A stretch of DNA of 64,000 nucleotides. It comes from an uncultured virus (IMG/VR IMGVR_UViG_3300027971_000050). Its lineage: Duplodnaviria > Heunggongvirae > Uroviricota > Caudoviricetes. The position numbers and the translations under genes were made by a program. Below, piece by piece: positions 27,145 to 33,928 of the stretch (positions are counted from its first letter, which is position 1; each line of letters starts with the position of its first letter). The stretch lies in the IMG/VR virus record IMGVR_UViG_3300027971_000050; one strand, written 5' to 3'. A model generated the notes under the pieces. The model was not told where the DNA came from, ran no database searches, and saw only the letters and a program-made list of their open reading frames with translations.

Positions 27145-29108
27145 CTAAACCATTTGACCGCATCATCACCATTGACTTTGAAACTCGGTGGGACAGCAAA
27201 GACTACACACTATCAAAGATGACAACAGAGGAGTACATACGTGATAAAAGATTCATATCTTTCGGTGCTTGTGTCCATGAGTTCGGAAGCACAGAGGACA
27301 CTAGATGGGTTAGAGGAGCAGACCTACCTGAATACTTTTCTGGAGTCGATTGGGGACGAACCGCAGTGCTTGCGCACAACGCACAGTTCGATGTATCCAT
27401 TATGGAGTGGGTATATAACGCCAGACCAGCCTTCATCTTTGACACACTATCAATGGCACGCGCTTTACGCGGCGTGGAAGTTGGTAATTCCCTTGCGAAG
27501 CTGGCGTCCGACTTTGGTCTCCCCGCCAAAGGACAAGCTGTTCACTCCACTAATGGACTGGCTGTTATTACAGAAGATATTGAAGCAGCGCTTGCGGATT
27601 ACTGTGCGCATGATGTATACCTGTGTGAAGAAATCTTCAAGCGCTTCAGTGAAGGCTACCCTACGTCGGAACTACGGCTCATCGACATGACGCTCAAGAT
27701 GTACACACGACCACAGCTTGAGCTTGACCAACAGATGCTTATCAAAGCACTCACAGAAGAAGGAGAACTGCGTGAAGGACTACTACAAAGGCTTGGCATA
27801 CAAGAGAGTGAGCTTGCGTCGAACCCTAAGTTTGCTGACATACTTCAAAGCCTCGGGGTTACTCCCCCGACTAAGGTCAGTAAAACTACCGGCAAAGAAA
27901 CACTTGCACTGGCAAAGAATGATGCCCTTTTCCAAGCGTTACTTAACGGTGAACGTGAGGACGTTGCCCTCCTTTGTGAGGCACGCCTTAAAGTTAAATC
28001 AACAACCGAACGTACGCGTGCTCAAAGGTTCCTTGACATCAGTCAGCGCGGAAAACTACCAGTTCCGCTATCGTATTACGGCGCTCTCTCGGGTCGTTGG
28101 ACAGCGGCAAAGGGCAGCGCAATCAACATGCAAAACCTCAAGCGCGGAAGTTTCTTACGCAAAGCAATTATGGCTCCCGAGGGCTACCAACTTGTCGTCG
28201 GTGATCTCTCACAGATTGAGCCGCGAGTTCTCGCGTGGCTTTCGGATTACCATGAGATGCTTGACATCTTCAGGTCAGGTGGTGACCCTTACGCGGCGTT
28301 CGGAGCGCAGATGTTTAACATACCCGGACTTAGTAAAGAGTCGCATCCCGATCTGCGGCAGTCTGCGAAAAGTGCACTCTTGGGCTGCGGGTATGGACTC
28401 GGGTGGGCATCGTTCGCGGCCCAGCTTCTTGTGGGGTTCCTTGGTGCGCCCCCTGTACGATATGAGAAAACCTTTGCGAAGACGCTCGGGGTCGATCAGG
28501 AGTACGCGCAGCGGTTCATTGACTGGGAGGACAACGTAACCAAGATGCTGGAGATTCCCCACACCTGCACCGACCAAGAGCTACTGACGCACTGCCTTGC
28601 CGCCAAGAAGATCATTGACATCTACCGCGCCACTGCCCACCCCGTTGCTACCTTCTGGGACATGTGCTCACAGCTTATCGAGGACAGTTTGTTTGGGGGT
28701 AGGGTATACCAGCATAAGTGTTTGACATTCAGCAAAGAGCGTATAGAATTGCCAAACGGGATGAGCTTGCTCTACCCCAATCTCAGACGCACGAAAGATG
28801 ACAAAGGTAGGAGCCAGTGGGTATACGGGCCAAATGCTACCAAGCTGTATGCAGGGAAGGTTACCAATAACGTTACGCAGGCCGTAGCGCGTATTGTCAT
28901 GACCGATGGAATGTTGAGGGTGACGAAGAAGTACCCCGTGGTTGGCACAGTACACGATGAACAGATTGTGTTGGTGCCTGATGAGGAAGTCGCTGACGCT
29001 AAGACTTGGGTCTTGGAGCAGATGACGTTGGAGCCGAAGTACATGCCGGGGATACCTCTGGCCGCTGACGGTGGTGCACACCGTAGATATGGAGAAGCAA
29101 AACAATGA
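27141..29108 (+). CDS. DNA polymerase, family A, with 3'-5' exonuclease (TTG start)
   Basis: IDFET, AHNAQFD and YCAHD exonuclease motifs; motif A GDLSQIEPR, motif B RQSAKSALLGCGYG, motif C VHDE. Confidence 0.95.
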   Translation: MTKPFDRIITIDFETRWDSKDYTLSKMTTEEYIRDKRFISFGACVHEFGSTEDTRWVRGADLPEYFSGVDWGRTAVLAHNAQFDVSIMEWVYNARPAFIFDTLSMARALRGVEVGNSLAKLASDFGLPAKGQAVHSTNGLAVITEDIEAALADYCAHDVYLCEEIFKRFSEGYPTSELRLIDMTLKMYTRPQLELDQQMLIKALTEEGELREGLLQRLGIQESELASNPKFADILQSLGVTPPTKVSKTTGKETLALAKNDALFQALLNGEREDVALLCEARLKVKSTTERTRAQRFLDISQRGKLPVPLSYYGALSGRWTAAKGSAINMQNLKRGSFLRKAIMAPEGYQLVVGDLSQIEPRVLAWLSDYHEMLDIFRSGGDPYAAFGAQMFNIPGLSKESHPDLRQSAKSALLGCGYGLGWASFAAQLLVGFLGAPPVRYEKTFAKTLGVDQEYAQRFIDWEDNVTKMLEIPHTCTDQELLTHCLAAKKIIDIYRATAHPVATFWDMCSQLIEDSLFGGRVYQHKCLTFSKERIELPNGMSLLYPNLRRTKDDKGRSQWVYGPNATKLYAGKVTNNVTQAVARIVMTDGMLRVTKKYPVVGTVHDEQIVLVPDEEVADAKTWVLEQMTLEPKYMPGIPLAADGGAHRRYGEAKQ

Positions 29109-29416
29109 CAGAGTTAACACTGCCAAAGAAAATAAGAATTGGGGAGAAGTGGTACTCAGTCGAGGTTGTCGAGGCTATGCAAGACAAACTTGACATGGGG
29201 CGTGTGATGTATCTTGAACAGAAGATCAAATTGGGCTTACGCAACGGCACGACTGGGCGCAAGTTCAACCTTGATGATGTACGAGAAACATTCTGGCACG
29301 AACTGGTACACGCTATCCTACGGGACATGGAAGAACACAAGCTCAACAAGCGTGAGGAGTTTGTTGAAGGGTTTGCCAAACGATTAAACATTGCAATCAA
29401 CTCAGCGAGGTTTTAA
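29105..29416 (+). CDS. Small HExxH (metallopeptidase-like) protein
   Basis: ETFWHELVHAIL...EEFVE. Confidence 0.6.
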   Translation: MTELTLPKKIRIGEKWYSVEVVEAMQDKLDMGRVMYLEQKIKLGLRNGTTGRKFNLDDVRETFWHELVHAILRDMEEHKLNKREEFVEGFAKRLNIAINSARF

Positions 29417-30081
29417 TGAAACAAGTAACGTGGAGCCACAGTGCCCTGAAAGATTTTGAAGGATGCCCCCGCCGGTATCACGAAGTCAAAGTTCTTAACA
29501 ACTATGCTTTTCAGGAAACTGAGGCTACATATTACGGAAAAGAGTTTCACATTGCCGCTGAAGTTTATATACGGGATGGCGTACCGCTACCACCACAATT
29601 TTCTTACGCACAAGAAGTTCTGGATGCGTTGCTGGCCAAGCCGGGCAGGAAGCTGTGCGAGTACGAGATGGGTATCACGCCTGACCTCCAGCCGTGTAGT
29701 TTCAACGACAAGGGCAGATGGGTACGAGGCATCGCTGACTTACTAATAATCGATGATGAGAACCTGACCGCCACTGTCGTGGACTACAAAACAGGCAACA
29801 ACCGCTACCCAGATATTGACCAGCTAAAGCTGATGTCGATGATGGTGTTCAAACACTTCCCGCACATACGCCGAGTCAAGTCAGCATTGCTGTTCGTGGT
29901 CAAGAATGATATGGTTAAGCACAGCATGGCGCTCGACAATGCCGATGCTGAGTGGTGGAAGTATCGTGAGCGTGTAGCTAAATTAGAGCAGTGCCATAAC
30001 ACAGGTGTGTGGAACCCAAAGTCCTCCGCGTTGTGCCCGTGGTGTCCAGTTAAATCGTGTGAATACAACCCGAAACATTAG
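29416..30081 (+). CDS. PD-(D/E)XK Cas4/RecB-like exonuclease
   Basis: WSHS...CPRRY, GIADL, VVDYKTG, C-terminal CPWCPVKSC. Confidence 0.85.
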   Translation: MKQVTWSHSALKDFEGCPRRYHEVKVLNNYAFQETEATYYGKEFHIAAEVYIRDGVPLPPQFSYAQEVLDALLAKPGRKLCEYEMGITPDLQPCSFNDKGRWVRGIADLLIIDDENLTATVVDYKTGNNRYPDIDQLKLMSMMVFKHFPHIRRVKSALLFVVKNDMVKHSMALDNADAEWWKYRERVAKLEQCHNTGVWNPKSSALCPWCPVKSCEYNPKH

Positions 30082-30090
30082 GAGTGGGTC

Positions 30091-30321
30091 ATGGCAAGAA
30101 ACTATGCAAAAGAGTACGAGAACTATCAAGGCAAGCCTGAGCAAATCAAGAAGACAGGCGAGCGCGTCAAAGCAAGGCGCATGATGGTCAAGGCAGGCAA
30201 GGCAACAAAGGGGGACGGCAAAGACGTGGATCACGTCAAGCCCATCCGTAGCGGAGGGACAACTACTATAAACAATCTTCGCATGCGCAGTCGCAGTTCA
30301 AACCGAAGCGACAACAAATAA
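30091..30321 (+). CDS. Small HNH protein
   Basis: KDVDHVKPIRSGG...NLR...SSNRS. Confidence 0.8.
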   Translation: MARNYAKEYENYQGKPEQIKKTGERVKARRMMVKAGKATKGDGKDVDHVKPIRSGGTTTINNLRMRSRSSNRSDNK

Positions 30322-30336
30322 AACAACGGAGAAGCA

Positions 30337-31896
30337 ATGGAAATCCTTGAAGACAAGGCACTAGTATTCAGAACCAGAAACCCAGATAAGTACAGCATCA
30401 TCCCAAAGCACAAAGTCATGGAACGCGATGACGGTGGGTTTGATGTTGCTGTCTACTGGGGACTCGATGAATGTAGGGTGCTACGCAACCTCGGGGTGAA
30501 GGACGTTCCCTCACCTATCACACGCAAATACAAATGGCCGGGCAGGTATAAGCCCATGCAACATCAGATTGAGACGGCAGCGTTTCTGACGATGCACCGC
30601 AAAGCGTTTGTGTTCTCCGAACCCGGCACTGGCAAGACACTTGCCGCGCTGTGGGCGGCTGACTACTTGATGCAGATCAAGCATGTACGCAGAGTTTTAA
30701 TTCTGTGCCCACTATCCATCATGCAATCTGCATGGTTGGCTGACCTGAGTAACAGCATCATCCATCGCTCTGCCATCGTTGCGCACCACACCCAAGCTAG
30801 TCGGCGTATAGAGATGATTCAACAAGACTACGAGTTCGTTATCGCTAACTACGAAGGACTGAACTTGATAGCCGATGAGATCAACGCTGATGGTCGCTTT
30901 GATCTGGTGATTGTGGATGAGGCCAACGCATACAAGACAGTGACGACTAAACGTTGGAAGTCATTGAAGGCGATCATCAAACCCAACACACACGTATGGA
31001 TGATGACTGGTACTCCAGCATCGCAGTCACCAGCAGATGCGTATGGCTTGGCCAAGATCGTGAACCCCGAAGGCGTACCAAACTTCTACACATCATGGCG
31101 CGACAAAGTGATGAACAAAATCACGCTGTACAAATGGGCACCAAAACATAACGCCGCCGAGTTGGTACACGAGGCACTGCAACCCGCAATCAGATTTACC
31201 AAAGCGCAATGCCTTGACTTGCCACCAGTGCTGACCACAACACGCGAAGTACCACTGACACCACAGCAAGCCAAGTACTACAACCTACTGAAAGATCGCA
31301 TGCTGGTGCAAGCCGCAGGCGAGACGATCAGCGCAGTCAATGCTGCCGCTGGTGTATCCAAGTTGTTGCAAATCAGTTGCGGCGCTGTCTACACAGATGA
31401 CAAGGAGGTTATTGAGTTCGATGCCGCCCCACGCTTGGGTGTGCTGGAAGAGATACTGGATGAGACAGACCGCAAGGTCATCATCTTTGCGTTGTTCCGT
31501 TCAAGCATCGACAGCATCCAGACACATCTGACAAAGAAGAACATTCCCAACGAGTGCATACACGGTGGAGTCACACCAAACAAACGTGCCGACATCATCC
31601 ACAGATTTCAGCACGACAAAGAACCAAGGGTGTTGGTAATGCAGCCACAAGCTACGGCACACGGGATTACCCTGACTGCCGCTGACACCGTGGTATTTTT
31701 TGGGCCATTGATGAGCGTGGAGCAGTACATCCAGTGCATTGCACGGGCTGACCGCAAGGGACAGAACTCAGACAAAGTTACTGTTATCCACATCCAAGGC
31801 TCACCGATTGAAAAGAAAATGTTCAAAGCATTGGAGGCTAAGGTAAGTGATAACTCACTTCTTACCCAGATGTTTGAGATAGAAATAAATTCTTGA
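30337..31896 (+). CDS. SNF2-family helicase
   Basis: PGTGKT, VDEA, MTGTP, HGITL and QCIARADRKGQ motifs. Confidence 0.92.
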   Translation: MEILEDKALVFRTRNPDKYSIIPKHKVMERDDGGFDVAVYWGLDECRVLRNLGVKDVPSPITRKYKWPGRYKPMQHQIETAAFLTMHRKAFVFSEPGTGKTLAALWAADYLMQIKHVRRVLILCPLSIMQSAWLADLSNSIIHRSAIVAHHTQASRRIEMIQQDYEFVIANYEGLNLIADEINADGRFDLVIVDEANAYKTVTTKRWKSLKAIIKPNTHVWMMTGTPASQSPADAYGLAKIVNPEGVPNFYTSWRDKVMNKITLYKWAPKHNAAELVHEALQPAIRFTKAQCLDLPPVLTTTREVPLTPQQAKYYNLLKDRMLVQAAGETISAVNAAAGVSKLLQISCGAVYTDDKEVIEFDAAPRLGVLEEILDETDRKVIIFALFRSSIDSIQTHLTKKNIPNECIHGGVTPNKRADIIHRFQHDKEPRVLVMQPQATAHGITLTAADTVVFFGPLMSVEQYIQCIARADRKGQNSDKVTVIHIQGSPIEKKMFKALEAKVSDNSLLTQMFEIEINS

Positions 31897-31902
31897 AAGG
31901 AG

Positions 31903-31945
31903 TTGCAAACTTAAATTTATTGTGTACACTGTCCAACCTTAGACA
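31903..31945 (+). promoter_or_regulatory. Promoter TTGCAA-N16-TACACT with TGTCCA-ACCT-TAGACA operator-like site over the start
   Basis: -35 at 31903-31908, -10 at 31925-31930, imperfect palindrome at 31930-31945. Confidence 0.55.
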
Positions 31946-31964
31946 AACAAAACAGGAGAAGTAA

Positions 31965-32369
31965 ATGGACGAACAACAAGTCCCGTTCGATAAATTGGTG
32001 AAGGTCTATCGCAAAATCAAAGCGGAGATCGACACACTGACACAAGAGTACGACACCAAGGTGGAGTTACTTAAAGCGCAACAAGATGAAATCAAGTTCG
32101 CTATCAAAGACCAGATGAAGGCACTTGGTGTCTCATCTGTCAAAAGTCCTTTTGGGACTGTATCCATGCGTACCTCGACTACGTACACAACAAACGACTG
32201 GTCATCGTTCAAGGACTTTGTTCTTGAGCATGGCGCTGTTGACTTGCTGTTCAAACGTATTGCGCAGGCAAACATGGCACAGTTTCTAGAAGAAAACCCG
32301 GGGGTTGTACCTCCGGGGCTGAACTCGACAACGGAATACACCGTAGTCGTATCCAAACCAACCAAGTGA
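31965..32369 (+). CDS. Conserved replication-module coiled-coil protein
   Basis: Coiled N-terminus, then SVKSPFGT...DW..F..F...PPGL. Confidence 0.65.
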   Translation: MDEQQVPFDKLVKVYRKIKAEIDTLTQEYDTKVELLKAQQDEIKFAIKDQMKALGVSSVKSPFGTVSMRTSTTYTTNDWSSFKDFVLEHGAVDLLFKRIAQANMAQFLEENPGVVPPGLNSTTEYTVVVSKPTK

Positions 32370-32376
32370 GTTTTAT

Positions 32377-33345
32377 ATGTCAAACATAACGCTTTTTTCC
32401 CCCGCAAACGTACCTGCATTCGCTCGTAACAACGAACTGTCCGACACAGCCAAAGCCCTCACAGGCGGCAGTGTTTCCAACACCAAGCGCATCTCTATCA
32501 AAGGCGGCGTGTTCCGTCTGGTAGCTGGTGGCAAGGAAGTCGCCGCGATTGATGATCGCCATTTGGAAGTCATCATTGTGAAAGCTGCCCCCAAGGTCAG
32601 CCGCATCTTCTACGCTGCCCAGTACGATGCCGACAACATCACTGGCCCTGACTGCTGGAGCAATGACGGTGAGCGTCCTGACGCTTCTGCTCAGAACAAG
32701 CAAGCTGAAACCTGCATGAGTTGCCCGAAGAACATCGCGGGTTCTGGTCAGAACAACAGCCGTGCTTGCCGCTACCAACAGCGTCTTGCTGTGGTGTTGG
32801 CCAATAACCCATCAGGGGATGTGATGCAGTTGACTTTGCCAGCCACTTCGGTGTTTGGTAAAGAAGAAGGTGACAAGCGTCCGTTACAAGCCTATGCACG
32901 CTACTTGGCGGTGCAGAACCCTCCTGTTAATCCTGAGCAGATCGTCACCGAGATGCGCTTCGATACTAAGGCCGAGTCCCCCAAGCTGCATTTCAAACCC
33001 GTACGCTGGTTGACTGACGACGAGTACGAGATCATCAAGGAGCAAGCTGAGAGTGCTGACGCACAACGTGCCGTGGTCATGACTGTGGCTCAGAGCGATG
33101 GTGTCAAGCCCAACGCTCCGAAGATGGTAATGGCTGGCGCACGCCCTATGGGTGAGTTGACCAAGGAAGAAGACGCTCCCGCGTATGAGCCAATTGCCGC
33201 TAAAGCCAAAGCGAAAGCCAAGGCTGAACCCGTTGCCGATACTGAGGACGAACCTGAAGTTCGCAAAGAAGTTTCCAAGGGTTCTGCCGTGCCTGCCAAG
33301 AAGGGCAAGCTGGCTGATCTGGTGTCCGATTGGGACGATGAATAA
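32377..33345 (+). CDS. Putative ssDNA-binding/recombination protein with Zn-binding cysteines
   Basis: RISIKGGVF, CWSNDG, CMSCP, SRACR motifs; acidic-aromatic C-terminus DWDDE typical of SSBs. Confidence 0.6.
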   Translation: MSNITLFSPANVPAFARNNELSDTAKALTGGSVSNTKRISIKGGVFRLVAGGKEVAAIDDRHLEVIIVKAAPKVSRIFYAAQYDADNITGPDCWSNDGERPDASAQNKQAETCMSCPKNIAGSGQNNSRACRYQQRLAVVLANNPSGDVMQLTLPATSVFGKEEGDKRPLQAYARYLAVQNPPVNPEQIVTEMRFDTKAESPKLHFKPVRWLTDDEYEIIKEQAESADAQRAVVMTVAQSDGVKPNAPKMVMAGARPMGELTKEEDAPAYEPIAAKAKAKAKAEPVADTEDEPEVRKEVSKGSAVPAKKGKLADLVSDWDDE

Positions 33346-33355
33346 CTAGGAGTTT

Positions 33356-33463
33356 CGCTAGGCCGCAGTCGGCGGTCGCATTGCGTTGGGCGGGAGTAGT
33401 CCCTCTCGTTATACAAATACACACACCCCAACGACTGCGTTTCCCGATCTGCGTGTCCTAGCG
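33356..33463 (+). ncRNA. Long nested stem-loop (structured RNA element) upstream of the HTH gene
   Basis: Nested pairings CGCTAGG/CCTAGCG, CGCAG/CTGCG, TCGG/CCGA, CGCA/TGCG, CGTTGGG/CCCAACG, plus an inner CGGGAG/CTCTCG hairpin. Confidence 0.6.
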
Positions 33464-33473
33464 CTCAAACAAC

Positions 33474-33752
33474 ATGGCCTACTCACAAAAAACAATTGAC
33501 GCAATCATGCGTGCCCAAAAGACTAAAGGCAATCAGCTTGGGCGCTGGGCAGTGCATCTCAACTTTTCAGTTGTGCGTATTGCCAAAGCACTGGGCGTGT
33601 CACGCCAGACTGTTTACAACTGGTTTGAAGGTGGTGAAATTTTTGTTGCCTACGAACATCGAGTTGAAACAATGCTTACTTTTTTAAAGAATTCCAAAAC
33701 AGCAGATGAAGCATGGAGAAAAATATGTCAGCACTACAACCTCGCACTTTAA
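33474..33752 (+). CDS. Cro/XRE-like HTH protein
   Basis: SVVRIAKALGVSRQTVYNWFEG. Confidence 0.85.
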   Translation: MAYSQKTIDAIMRAQKTKGNQLGRWAVHLNFSVVRIAKALGVSRQTVYNWFEGGEIFVAYEHRVETMLTFLKNSKTADEAWRKICQHYNLAL

Positions 33753-33913
33753 GTAACTCAGAGTTTATTAAGTACTTTGCAATGTATATGAATGACACAC
33801 CAATGGGCGCACCATTGACGTGGCAGATGGAGTTGTTACGCCGCTTTGCAGCAGTCGCAACAGAACACGCATATCCTATACACGACGACACACAGCTCGA
33901 CCTGTTCAAATAA
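33725..33913 (+). CDS. Hypothetical protein
   Basis: Start MSALQPR after GGAGAAAAAT; ends QLDLFK, resembling a beta-clamp-binding motif. Confidence 0.6.
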   Translation: MSALQPRTLSNSEFIKYFAMYMNDTPMGAPLTWQMELLRRFAAVATEHAYPIHDDTQLDLFK

Positions 33914-33928
33914 ACCCGAAGGACTCTC

